NCBI GenBank assembly: GCA_964016885.1 | Contig: OZ024741.1 | Location: forward strand, 189,658,001-189,722,000 | DNA from: Eledone cirrhosa | Taxonomy: Eukaryota | Direction: 5' to 3' | DNA: 64,000 bases | Part shown: piece by piece, positions 48,001 through 61,117 of the stretch | Numbering within the stretch: position 1 is the stretch's first letter | How the letters are laid out: each line of letters opens with the position of its first letter | Made by a program: the position numbers and the translations under genes | The notes under the pieces: model-generated | What the model saw: the letters and a program-made list of their open reading frames with translations, nothing else | The model's database searches: none | Told to the model about the DNA's origin: nothing

Positions 48001-49149
48001 TCACATAATTATCTCACATAATATTGAATCTATGAGATTTTGTTATTATTTATTTTGAGAATAATACCTTAACATCAGTATTAGTGGTCAGTTATAGCCA
48101 GTTTGAACAGAAGGAGGTAAAGAATTCTGACCAGATACAGCCGGTTTAAATGATGAGTATGATGATGATGAATACAAGAGAAATGAGTGTTGTGATTCTG
48201 AAATTATGGTTTTTATAACTACTTGGGGTTCCAAGATGCACAATATCTATTGTTTCCTCCATTCTACTATATAATTCTTCACCGGTTTGTCCAATTTATT
48301 GATTTCTTTTTTCCCAAAGATTGCATGTCAAATAATAAAATTTCCTGAAGGGAAAAAACTCAAAAATGGTAAGGAAAGGAGAACAATTATATGAGAAGAA
48401 ATATTTTCTTTTTTTTTATCAGTTAGGCAATGATAATTCTTTGTAAAAGTGAAATATAAACAGCCCACTTTTCCCATAAAATAAATAAAAATAACCTTTT
48501 TAAAAACCGCTTTCTCCTAAAACAAAAAACTGAGCACACTTTAAAAAAAAAAAACATGTTCTGTTTTTATCTTTTTTGTTGTTTTTTTTCTTTTTAACGG
48601 CAGATATTTATAGGAGGATTTTTGGCCTCAAGCTCTAAATTTATTACATTAACGAGTTACAAAGAAGTTTTCTCTCTGGTTTGATTTCATTATCATAATT
48701 TGATAGAAATTCGAAGATTTACAGTTTAAACATGACAACCATTTAAAAAAATAATAAAATAACTGACAAAGATATCATGAATAAAAACCAAAGCCATAAC
48801 TATATGTACAAGTCAGAATATGTAAAAGACATTTTTTAGGTTTGACTTTCTTTTATGTTGAAGTTCTTTTTTTGTTTCCATATAATCATACCTCTGGATG
48901 TTTAGATACTGCAATGAATTTCAAAATGCATAAAAAATCAAAGTAAAATTGGTTATAAAATGTTTTGAAGAACCAGCTTCAAATTATATGATGCGTGTGA
49001 GCATGTTTACATATATATGTACATACATTTATGTATATGTATGTGTGAATATATATAAATATATGTTTATGTATGTGTATATATATATATGTGTGTGTGT
49101 GCGTGTATGTATATATACATGTATAGGTGTATATATGTGTATAGGTATA

Positions 49150-50210
49150 TTTAGATGAAAGACCATAAACCCCTGACCCTTCCTTGGTGAAGCATGAGCC
49201 CTCCAAACACAAAAAGAGCTAGACAGACTTCGAAAATGAAACTAGTCTGAAGAAGGAAGATGTCAAAGCTGAAAGAACTATCAGCTGCAATAAATTCAGG
49301 GAAATCCTACTCGGCGCTTACTAGTATTCCGGAAAATTGGGAAATTTCACTAAACAATCTGTTATAAACCACTGACCAGGTCTATGGCTGAAGCAAAGTG
49401 TCAACTCGATGGTAAGTGACATGGTGTTGTAATAACAGGGAAGATAGAACCGTAAAACCAAAATGACTAGACTGGAAAAAAAGGGGGAGATTGAGATCAA
49501 TAGGAAATATCTAGGAGATAGGCTAATTTGCCCATGTTCAATATTGTGAAGATCTAAGGTCTAAAATGTTTTGGATTGTAAGAGATTGAGTAAGAGAAAA
49601 TGAAGATATGGTTGAGAAAAAGTGTGTCTGAAATGACAGTGAAGCACTTGCTCTGACTGTTGGAAAGGAGACATGAGGCTAAGGGGACAGGATGTCAAAA
49701 TGAGGTGGGCAGAAATTCCATAAGGTGCGCACCATGTAACCTATGGATGCACAAAAGATGTAGTAGGAATAGGCAAACAAACGGAAAAGATAGATTTGTA
49801 TGCAGGAGAAATAAGCACTGAGAGTACACATAAAATGGACTCCTTTAATTACCTGTAAGGCTCCATAGAAGTTGTGGACAGCTTTTGATATCTAGGAGAC
49901 CTAATTAGCAGGGGGGGGGGTGCTCAGATAGCATGGTAACCAGGATAAGAATGAGCTGGGTGAAGATTAAGAAACTAGAACCTCTGCAGACAACAAAGGG
50001 CATCTTTCTCAAAGATGTGAGCCTTGACAGCAGATACTTGTGAAAGCTAGAAATAAATGAAGTGTGTATTCTCCAATGGAGGTGTAATATTCATGAAGAG
50101 TGTAACATAAGTAAGCTGATAGAAAAACATGGTATAAGAGGAATTGGATATAGTATGCAAGAGAGGAAACTGCATTAGTATGGTTAATGGGTTTCATGGA
50201 AGAAGCAGTC
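49150..50210 (+). mobile_element. Highly degenerate RTE LINE (PHD-containing type)
   Basis: Remnants CNLWMHKRCS (~49735) and IEVVDSF*YLGDLISRGGGCSDS (~49865-49935). Confidence 0.7.
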
Positions 50211-50688
50211 ATAGTAAGACATCAGATATAGTGTAGACTAACTTTTGGAAACTGAACCTCATTATCATCATCACCGTTTAATATCCATTTTCGACGCTAG
50301 TTTTCTTCCTATCAATTCTTTGAGTTAATTCACTTCTAGCTGCTGATTTTTATCCTTTGAGGTAATATTTTACCCAATGCCACTTCGACAGCATTTTGCT
50401 GTTTTAACAGCTTCCTTAGGCGAAGTTTTCCAATTTTCCTACAAATATATATATATGTTAACAGGGTTGTGTAATAAGCACCTTCCTCTTTTAACTCTTT
50501 TCAGTTATTTCTTTTAGATAATTCCTTCAGAATTCTATGTTCTAAACATTAGTAATTATGATTCAGCAACACCACTCCTTGCTAAGAATATTAAATATGT
50601 TATAGGACACATGCATGCATATACACATACATAAGTATGGATGGTTGTATATATATGTGTGTGTGTATACATATATATATATATATAT

Positions 50689-51320
50689 CATCATCATCAC
50701 CATTTTACGTCCGTTCCTCCATGCTAGCATGGGTTAGATGGGTTGTCCTGTTGTTGGCAGTGTCCAGTCGGCTGACCATGTCTTGCTCATACGGGAACTG
50801 ATTCTGGCTTGATTTCTACAGCTGGATGCCCTTCCTAACACCAACCTCATTTACAGTGTGGGCTGGGTGCTTTTTTACCATGGCACCTCCACGACCACTT
50901 TTCAGGGGGAAGGGTGGGGGCATATTGTCTATATGCTTCAGCTTCGGCTTGTACCGGTGGGAAGTCGGGTCTTCTGTATTACTGTGTGACGCCAGAGGTC
51001 AGGATCGTGTGTCATCACCTTTGAGAGATGTAATTGGGTAAGGTCGGCTTTTATCACCTCATCCCAGGTCTTCTTGGGTCTCCCTACTCCGTGGCTTCTA
51101 TTGACTTCTAGTGCTCTGCACCTTTTTATGCAGCTGTCATCCTTCATACGCATCACATGTCCATACCAACGTAACCGCCTCTCCTGCACACAGCATTTGA
51201 TTCCTCTTATACTCAGTCTCTCTCTCAATCCATCGGAGCATGCAAGCTTTGTTTCTTTCTAATCTATGCAAGTCTTCTACAAACAGCGCCCAGGTCTCAC
51301 TACCATGTAACATTGCTGTT
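50689..51320 (-). mobile_element. 5'-truncated RTE LINE, second subfamily
   Basis: [33 protein letters not shown]-type 3' UTR and (GAT)n tail; other pieces at 34651-34945, 42955-43070 and 53880-54300. Confidence 0.9.
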
Positions 51321-51380
51321 ATATATATATATACACACATACACACACAAATATATATATATACACACATACACACACAA

Positions 51381-51414
<34 letters not shown>

Positions 51415-52594
51415 ACACACAAATATATATATATATACATACACATACACATATATATATACATACACATATACAAATATATATATATATATATACATAC
51501 ACATACACAAATATATATATATATATATATTTGTGTATGTGTATGTATATATATATATATATATTTGTATATGTGTATGTATATATATATATGTGTATGT
51601 GTATGTATATATATATATAGTTGTGTGTGTATGTGTGTATATATATATATATATATATGCATGTGTACAAAACACCAATATAAGCCACTGATTTTAAAAT
51701 TTTGATCTATTGTCCTCTGACTTCAAAGACAAATTTAAGTTATGAAATATATGAATTAAAAACACAGAGAACATTAGAAATGTATGTTTCCAAAGCATTA
51801 GGCAGTTACAATAATGATCTATCAGTAATAGAATCTTGATATGCAGTTTAGATTTGAAGGAAAATTGGCCTTGCTTCAACATGGTAATTTTATCTTAGAA
51901 AAGAAAGTAATTTCATTGCCTTTGAGTTGAATAAAATGTTCTTTGAAATTATTTACAATTTTTTTTTAGAAATGTTGTGTTTAGACATCGGTGAAATGTA
52001 ATATTTATAAAAAATACTTTGAAAACTGATACCAACTCTTGGATTTTATAAATTTGGTTCATCACCATCATTGTTTTATATCTATTTTCCATGCCTGCAT
52101 GGGTTAGACGGCTTGTCAAATTCTAAGACTAGACAGGTTTGATAACCATGTCTTATTCATATATTCCATTTTGGCATTGTTTCTCCAGTTGGATACCCTT
52201 CCTAATGCCAACTACTTTACAGTATGTGCTGGATACATTTTATCACAACACCTGCACTTTCACTTTACAGAGTGGGTTAGTACTTTTTACTATGATACCA
52301 ACATTACCACTTAATAGAGAGTACTGGATGCATTTTCTCTTGCACCAACACTGCCATTTCTTAGAGTGGGTTAGGTGCATTTTATCAGCACCAGCACTAC
52401 CACTTTGTACACCAGGGTGTTCATTTTTGCATCTATCTCAAATACTCAACATTGACCATAAATCACTTAAGGGCATCAACATTTAAATCTTTGCTAATTC
52501 TGATAGCAACAAAAAGGTGAAAGCACTTGCATACATGGGTGTATATATATAAGAGGATCTGTGTATCCATATGTATTTGTTTATCCATGATATA

Positions 52595-53303
52595 CAGGGT
52601 GTCCCAAAAAATTTGACATCATTTCGCAGGCCAATAATTTTGGCAATTCTTGTTGAAATAACCTCAAATTTTCACAGAATGTATAGAAACAGATCAAGAT
52701 TTTATATTTAATGTTTTATATTTTTCTCTTTTCAGGTTGAAAAATGCCGTTCACTTCCAAAGAAAAGTCATTTTGCATCTAGGAATACGTTTGAACTCAG
52801 TCACCCAAGACTGTGCAGTGTGCCTTCAATGCAAAATTTGGAAAAAAGTCACCAACTGGCAAACAGTATCCTCAGGATACGCCAAACCGTCATTCTAGGA
52901 ATCTGGGTTTCCAAACTTGTTCTTCTTACGGACTTCTTGGGGCTTCGCAAGAGTTTTTCCTGAACTTGCTCGACCTTCTCTTCTGATGTTGATGATGGTC
53001 TTCCAGATCCTTTAGCCCTGCATAAGCAGCCTTCCTCTTTAAATTTTTGGTACCAGGTCCAAATTTGTTTGCCAGTTGGTGACTTTTTTCCAAATTTTGC
53101 ATTGAAGGCATATTCCAAGATGCAAAATGACTTTTCTTTGGAAGTGAACGGCATTTCTCAACCTGAAAAGAGAAAAATATAAAACATTAAATATAAAATC
53201 TTGATCTGTTTCTATACATTCTGTGAAAATTTGAGGTTATTTCAACAAGAATTGCCAAAATTATTGGCCTGCGAAATGATGTCAAATTTTTGGGGACACC
53301 CTG
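52595..53303. mobile_element. Tc1/mariner-type foldback transposon derivative
   Basis: TA-flanked CAGGGTGTCCC termini; about 240-270-bp inverted arms that both contain the transposase start. Confidence 0.88.
52849..53154 (-). pseudogene. Truncated mariner-type transposase N-terminus (HTH, DUF4817-like)
   Basis: MPFTSKEKSFCILEY..FNAKFGKKSPTGKQIWTWYQKFKEEGCL..KGSGRPS..SPKKSVRRTSLETQIPRMTVWRILR; no DDE domain. Confidence 0.8.
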
Positions 53304-55699
53304 TATATATATATACATATACATATGCAAGGATACAACATGGCTGAATGTTTAAGGAGTTTGCTTCGCAATTGTCATTTACTATAGCCTCAGGTTGATC
53401 CATGCCTTGAAAGTGAAATTGGGTTGACAGAAATTATTTGGAAGACCATCAAATGAACTGTACCTGTCATTCAAAGTGCCAGCCTTGTTACATACTCCTT
53501 CTTGCTGATTCCCTGAAAATTACATGTGGAATGCTCAGCCACCTACACAATAAGTTCATGAGCAGGCTATACCATTCATTGAGCATCTAGAACACACATC
53601 ATCAAAACTGACAGAAGTCTATTCATATGTATACATGAGTATATATGTGGATACATGTGAGCCTGCATAAATTTATGTATGTAAACATATATGAGGTTAT
53701 GTGCAAGTATGTGTGTATATATATATATATACAAATTTAAGCTATAAAAACATATCAATTATGTCTGATATTTGTGCTTCTCAATAGAAAAGCTCTATGC
53801 ACGTTTGTCCAGAGCAACAATAATTCAAATTAATAGATATATGTATATAGAGAGATCTTTTAATTTGAATTATATATATATCATCATCATCATCATCATC
53901 ATTTTATGTCCATTGTTCAATGTTTGTATGGGTTGAATGGGGTCTTCTCAGTACAGCATCTCTCCATTTGTCGCATTCCTTTGTCTTCTCCTCAGTGAGT
54001 TTTAGCAATCTGAGATCAGCTTTCACCACTTCCATTCAGGTCTTCTTTGGTGTTCCTCTACTGCAGATTCTTCCCACTGGGATTACTTGGCACTTCTTCA
54101 CCCAGTGATTATCATCCATGTGCATTACATGTCCATACCAATGCTGTCTCATCACCTGCACACTACTTCTAATTCTTCTTATATCCAGTTTCTCCCTCGG
54201 TTCATCCATGGTCTGTCATTCCTGCACATTGACATTGCACATCCATCTAAGCGTGCTTGCCTCATTTATCTCCAGCCTCCACATGTCCTCTGCATTCACT
54301 GCTTAATCCCACTCTCAACACAATTGCTAGGTGTAAATAAAAGGTTGTTTGTTCTATGAAAGAAATTGCCTCTATGTTCTATCATGCAGAAATTAGTCAC
54401 ACTCACCCTCAGTTTTAATAATAATAATAATGAACTGATTGTGTGCAGTGCTCAGGTGCACTACAACTCATCAAAGGTGCATGTATAGTACATAGAATCG
54501 CAGCTCCAGCCCTTACTTCACTATCAATTTTTTCACTCAATCTCAGCCTTCATTCTCAACTTTATTTTCAGCCTCAGTGTTACACTCAACTCAATGTTTA
54601 GCCTCAATCTCAAACATCACACACAACTCTCATCCTCATCGTTAACTTCATTCTCAACCTTACACTCAACCTGATGTTTAGCCTCACTCTCAACTCTCAA
54701 CCTCACAATCAACCTAAGCCTCATTCTCACCACTTAATTTCTGCCCCCTAAACAGCTTACCATCAACCACCATCTTTGAGGAATACAGCAACAACGCTAT
54801 AGATCTTCTTCACATCTGACAAGTCATTTCCTAATCACTGCTCTCTGCTCTAATAGTTAGCAACAATTTTCACAGAATTTCATTTTGGAACCGGCCAGTT
54901 ACTATGGAAACAACGATATAGCCTGTAGTGGCACACACATCACTTTATTAATCAGACATCATATTCACTTCTACATACCTTTTTTTTTTTACAACTATGA
55001 TAGCAAATGATAACAATAATGATCATAATAATGATGGTAGTGGTGGTAGTGGTGGTGGTGGTTTTAATAATAATTTCTTTATTATTAGCCATACAGGGCT
55101 CGCATTAAGGAAACCTTAAAAACGGTACAGGACGATACAGTGTGGGATGTTTTTGTGTAAAATAGAATTTAATGATTTCTTTTATTGATCACAAACCTTG
55201 GAGTCATTGAGGGCAATACAAGGACAAAAACAACACATTGTAGGGTTTACATCAAGTAAAGGAAATGGAACATCACCAAAGGGAAAATAGTGAGTGTAAC
55301 AATAACAGTAATTGTAATTGTTTCTACATTTGGCACAAGGCCAGCAATTACCCCAGTGCATTACTGGTACTTTATTTTATCGACCCCCGTAAGGATGAAA
55401 GGCAAAGTTAACCTCGGCAGGATTTGAACTCAGACCATAAAGGGACATAACTCTATGCTGGAAAGCATGGCGTCCGACCCTCTACCGATACTGCTATGAA
55501 TAGTAATAGTAATAATTAAAAGAATCACTATAACAATAACAAATATGAACTAGGAACAGTTCTCCAAAGAGCAAGAGACTTCACTGTAGAGTAATAATTC
55601 CAGGGGTAACTCCACACAAAACACTTGATTACAATGTCACTGCACGACAATTGAAAATGTTTTTTTGCCGGTTTCTTTCCTCCTTCTTAGAAAGGCTTA

Positions 55700-56226
55700 G
55701 TCAGAGTCGGACTATTCAACCACATCATTGTAGTGCACCTGGACACTGTACACCAATAATTTCATTATTATTATTATTATCAATCTCATCAGAGTAGGAC
55801 TATTCAACCACATCATTGTAGTGCACCTGGACACTGTACACCAATAATTTCATTATCATTATTATTATCAATCTCATCAGAGTAGGACTATTCAACCACA
55901 TCATTGTAGTGCACCTGGACACTGTACACCAATAATTTCATTATTATTATTATTATCAATCTCATCAGAGTACAAAAAGTGCTGACATCATTGTTGTGTG
56001 AGACACGTTCTGGCAGGAGTGACCAGATCTTCAGGCAGATCAAGGCACGTGTGCAACATTGATTGAGAGCCATGTAGGATACCTGGTGGAGAAAAAAGGC
56101 TGAGGAAATCCAGAAGGCCTCAGATAGACATGATATCTCATCAGAGTAGGTCTATTCAACCACATCACTCTCACCCATCTTTCATAAAACACACTGGAAG
56201 GCATTAATTCCCTCTCTACCTTCACT
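55700..56226 (-). mobile_element. Tx1/L1-like ORF2 C-terminal fragment plus three ~88-bp tandem units
   Basis: KVERELMPSSVFYERWVRV resembles the 60567-61117 product; tandem TCAGAGTAGGACTATTCAACCACATCATTGTAGTGCACC...(ATT)n units. Confidence 0.55.
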
Positions 56227-56959
56227 CAATAATAACGATTGTTTCTTTATTTCTACAAGGGCAATAATTGACGGTATCATTACAATAATGATTATAATAA
56301 TAATAATAATTGTTTCTACTTTTGGCACAAGGCCAGCAAATACCCCAGTGCATTACTGGTACTTTATTTTATCGACCCCCGTAAGGATGAAAGGCAAAGT
56401 TAACCTCGGCGGGATTTGAACTCAGAATGGCAAGGGCTGTAACTCTATGCGTCAAAGCATGGCGTCCGACCCTCTACCGATACTGCCAATCCACCGCCGT
56501 CTATTATAATAATGATGATTTCTACTATAGGCACAAGGCCAGCAAATTTTTTTTTTGGGGGGGGGGATTAAATCAACCCCAGTACATTACTGGTGCTTTA
56601 TGTTATCAACCCCGTAAGGATGAAAGACAAAGCTTACGTTGGCAGGATTTGAACTTAGAATATAAAGGGCCGTAACTCTATGCTGCAATGCATGGTGTCC
56701 GACGCTTTACTGATTCTGCCAATCTACCGCCCTGTTTGTATGTGTGTATATGTGTCTATATATACATGAGTGTCTATGAATACATGTATGTATTTGCTTG
56801 TATGAATGCATAACTGTATATACATGCCTATATATACACACATACATAGTAATAAGAAGGAGTTCTCTCTCTCAACAATGAAAACCTCTATTGCCCTAGG
56901 TTCAAGGCCTGAACTTGGTAATAGAGAAACAGAACAGATCTAAATGAAATAACATAACA

Positions 56960-58445
56960 ATAGTAATAATGTGGAAAATGAAAACAGAAACAATTCCCTA
57001 TAATAATAGGTGCTCTAGGAATGATAAAAAAACACACAGACAAATATATAGCCAAGACCCCAGGACTTACAAATATATACACCATACAAAAGATAGCACT
57101 ACTAGGCACTGCACACATATTACAAAAAGTACTATCAATACAATAGAAACAACATCAGCAAAAACAACACTACTCATACTCAAGGCACATGGAGCTGTGC
57201 TCGGTAAAGCAGTAATGATGCGCAATAAAAATAATAATATAAATAATGATAATAATAATAATTGTATCGACGTTAGGCACAAGGCCAGCAATTACCCAGT
57301 ACATTTTAATAATAATACAAAATAGTACAAAACTAGGGGGGAAGAAATTAGGACGGACAAGAAATTAGAACACAATAGGCCTGACCTGGTGGTTTTGGAC
57401 AAGGAAAAAAATTGTGCTTGATTGTAGATGTAGCCTGCCCATTTGACACAAGAATGCAAGAAAAGGAGAGGGAGAAAATTAACCGATACCAGGACTTAAA
57501 GTGGGAGGTAAAAAGGATTTGGAACTGCCATGAAGTCAAGGTCGTCCCGATTGTCATAGGCGCACTAGGTACTATCTCAAAGAGTTTCCAAGGATGGTTA
57601 AAGAAGATTAGTCCAGCCCCGCTTTTTGGAACAGTTCAAAAGGCATGTTTGCTGGGAACAGCAAAAACCCTCCAATACGTCCTGAATATCTGAGGCTGCA
57701 GGTAGCGGCTTGATATTCATTTCAACAAACTTTCCAGTTAAATAACATCAATGACTGAGACTCAAAGAATAATAACATTAACAATAATAATAATAATAAT
57801 AATGCATAAGTACCTAGGCATCCTGAAACAAACCAAATGAAAGAGAAGGAAATGAAAGAGCTATTATAAAGGAATATAAATGGAGACTGAAGTTGGTGTT
57901 AAAGACAAAGTTCAGTGGTAGGAATAAGATACTGGCTATCAATACATGGGCTGTTGTAGCACTAAGGTAAAGCACTGGTGTGATAGAGTGGAGATGTGAT
58001 GAACTTAAGGAGCTTGTGATGAACTTATCATGGCTAGAAAACCTGGCATTGTTGTCATAGAAAAGAACAACAACAAGGCATTTATTATGGATATTGCTTC
58101 ACCATGGGACCACAGGGTGAATGAGAAGGAAAGTGGGAAAGTTGAGAAATATCAGGAGCTGATGAGAGAAATCAGGAAACTGTGGAGAACCCGACACATA
58201 GTAGTGGTACTGGTTGTGGGTGGTACTGTGGGAGCAGTTAGTAGAATGTTGGAGGCATGGGTTGAGAAGTTAGGAATTATCACCAGGACAGGATTGTTGC
58301 AGAAAACAGCCTTGCTAGGAAGAACAAGAAGAGTATTGGAAAGTTGAAGGAGAAGGAATGACTCAAAGGACCTTTAGCCACTGGCTATGGCTCCCTCTTT
58401 TGGTATAATGTCTATATAACATCTGCCAGAATAAAAGCATTATGA
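56960..58445 (+). mobile_element. Stacked R4/Dong-type LINE 3' fragments (restriction-like endonuclease)
   Basis: HNRPDLVV..CLIVDVACPFD..EKINRYQDL..VVPIVIGALG..QKACLLGTA (57340-57693), a second RLE at 58030-58347 and a third at 56969-57140; separated by (AAT)n. Confidence 0.85.
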
Positions 58446-60566
58446 ATAATAATAATAATAATAATTGTTTCTACTTTTGGTACAAGGCCAGCAATTACGT
58501 CAGTGCATTACTGGTACCTTATTTTATCGATCCCATAAGGATGAAAGACAAAGTCAACCTCGGTGGGATTTGAACTCAGAACGTAAAAGGCCATAACTCT
58601 ATGCTGTAAAGCATGGTGTCTGACACTCTACCGATACTGCCATAATAACATTAATAATAATAATAATAATAACATTAATAGAAATAACAAAAGCAATGAT
58701 AACAAAAAATACAACATGAATAAAAAAATATATATAAGACACTCTAGAAGCAAAAGAAAAGCTCAAAGAAAGTATGTTAAACCAGAGCTTTATAGTAGAA
58801 GGTATACTAATACCAATGGAAATTCAGACATAGTGGGAAGGAATATTGAGTAAAGACAAACAACACTATAGAAATATATAATGCCTCAAAGTTAGGTGGG
58901 GGGAAAAACACGATAGGGCCACAAATATGATCCACCATTGGCAAGGAAATCACTGACATATTGAGAATTGAAGATAACTGTAAAGCACCATGTGAAGGAG
59001 GATGGCTTATTGGTTAGAGCATTAGGCTTGCAATCGAAAGGTTGTGAGTTTGATTCTCGGACCGGGTGATGTGTTGTGTCCTTGAGCAAGACACTTTATT
59101 TCACGTTGCTCCTGTTTACTCAGCTGTAGAAATGAGTTCCGATCCTCCCAAATCAATGGGTGGCAGTAGTTCCAGCTGCACGCATCAAAAGACTGGTGTA
59201 GTGGTTCTGAGAACAATGCAGCTTTGCAGATGATCAATGCAAATTGACAATGGAAAGGCACTACCGCTCGAGTTAGAAGAGAACTATTGACCTTCAGGAG
59301 AAGCAGTGACTCCTGATTGTATTCAGAAACCAAAACAAATATGAAGTACACCAAATCCAATGCTCCTAGGGGCGGCTCTGGTTCTTCTTATTTGCGAGTG
59401 TAAACTCAGCCAGATTAGATTAGATGGAAAGCACCAAGAACTGACAAGTTTCTCAACTTCTGATTGACACACCTTACCAATTCCCTTGAATATATAGTAT
59501 CACTCCACATAATAAATACACTAAAAATGCACAATGGATCAGAGAGGAAAGAATGGGGAACACAGTAGGACCACAGACATAATCCACCATCATTGGCAAT
59601 GAAACCACTGACATATTGAGAGAATTGGAAGCAACTGGAAAGCACCAAAGATTGATAAGTTTCCCAACTTCTGGCTGAAACACCCAACCAGTTCTCATGG
59701 ATATATAGTAAGAGAATCAACACCTGACTGGATGCATGTTAATTTCCCAAAACAAAAATACTATAATATGCCTAGTGAGGGAGAAAATTGTTGAATAGAA
59801 TGTTTTTCAGTATTTGTCCCAGTTCTTTGCACTCTAAGTTCAAAACCTTTCACCTTTTTGAAATTGATAAATAGTTCCAGTCCAGTACTGGGGTTGATTC
59901 TTCTTCTATATCTCTTTCTCACTTCCTCTACCACCCTCTCTCCTTCTCTAGAAAAAATCAGCTATGTTCAGACTTGGAGAGGGCTGGGCTCTGCCAGGTT
60001 TAAAAAATGTCCAAGACATGATCTATGTCACTATGATGGCCCTACAACCCCATTAAGAGTCCATACATACAATATTCTTATTAACAACATATAAAGCCCT
60101 GACATCAATACTATACAACCAGCTGAATACATATTATAAAACATCAATGTTTTACAAGAACAACAACAGAGGAATGTGGCTGTAAAGAGCAACTGTTGAC
60201 AAAATGGGTGATTATAAAAACAGTAAAAATATGAAAACAACCTCAGCATGGCCAGGATTGGATTAACTAGAAAAAAGACATTTGACAGCATTCCATATTT
60301 CTGAATCCTGAAGTTACTTCACATACATAAAACATCCTCAATGCTAATGAAGTGCCTCAGCCATGCTATAACATAGTGGAAAACTATTATATCACTACAT
60401 TACACAAAACAGACAATTAAAACCAGCCCTATACCCATAAAGAAGAGTAATTTTACAAGGGGACTTACTACACATCCTACTTTTTGCTTAGATCTGACTC
60501 CATTAACAAACCTGCTAAATTGGGATACAAGTGCTATGGACTAATTATCAATCATATCTTCTCTAG

Positions 60567-61117
60567 ATTGTCGCGGGTGGGACCAATCCGGTTGACCACC
60601 GAGTCCATTGTCATGATCAAACCGCCACCCTCCTTCAAAAATGAAGGAGAGGCGGTTTTCCTTTGTGTGATAGCTATGGCAAAAGAGGTTGTATGGTGGA
60701 CGAGGTTAAAAGGGCTGAGGTCAGACACCTTTCTCTCCGGCCAACAACTGATTCTTTTTTTCAAATACCACTTTAGAAGAAGAATCAGGATGGAGAGATA
60801 GGTGCTATACCCCAGCAAGTTTTATGAAAGGTGGGTGAAAGTGGCGAGAATGGCCCAAGTGAATGGGCCTTCTTTCTATATCAGCCTGTAGGTTGAGGAA
60901 GAGAGGAAAGGGGTACAAACTCTTCATACTCCTGGAGATGAGGGTTGTACATTTTTTCGGGGGTATGTGTTACCCATATGTAATGTCTCCCCTATTGGGG
61001 AAAGTCGATTAATTTTTAAAGTGTATTTGTGATAGTATTTTACACGTTTTTATTGTATGTAAACTTCCCCCTTTGTATTTTATGTTTCATCCCCTTCTTT
61101 TGTGGCTAATAAAGAAA
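60567..61117 (+). mobile_element. Tx1/L1-like LINE 3' fragment with 14-bp TSD
   Basis: CATATCTTCTCTAG at 60553-60566 and 61118-61131; coding remnant AKEVVWWTRLKG..FFKYHFRRRIRMER..FYERWVKVA; 3' AATAAAGAAA. Confidence 0.75.

Noticed and set aside
48885-48935. Possible minus-strand micro-exon (TTGCAG|17 nt|GTATGA)
   Set aside because: Such signals are frequent by chance and there is no partner exon.
55765-55970. Minus-strand CTGATGA...GAAA in the tandem units, resembling tandem hammerheads
   Set aside because: Stem II would be an (AAT)n run and stems I/III do not pair; CTGATGA comes from the adjoining LINE fragment.
59140-59400. GC-richer segment after a SINE head, possibly a captured mRNA
   Set aside because: Stops in all three plus frames and no recognisable homology by eye.
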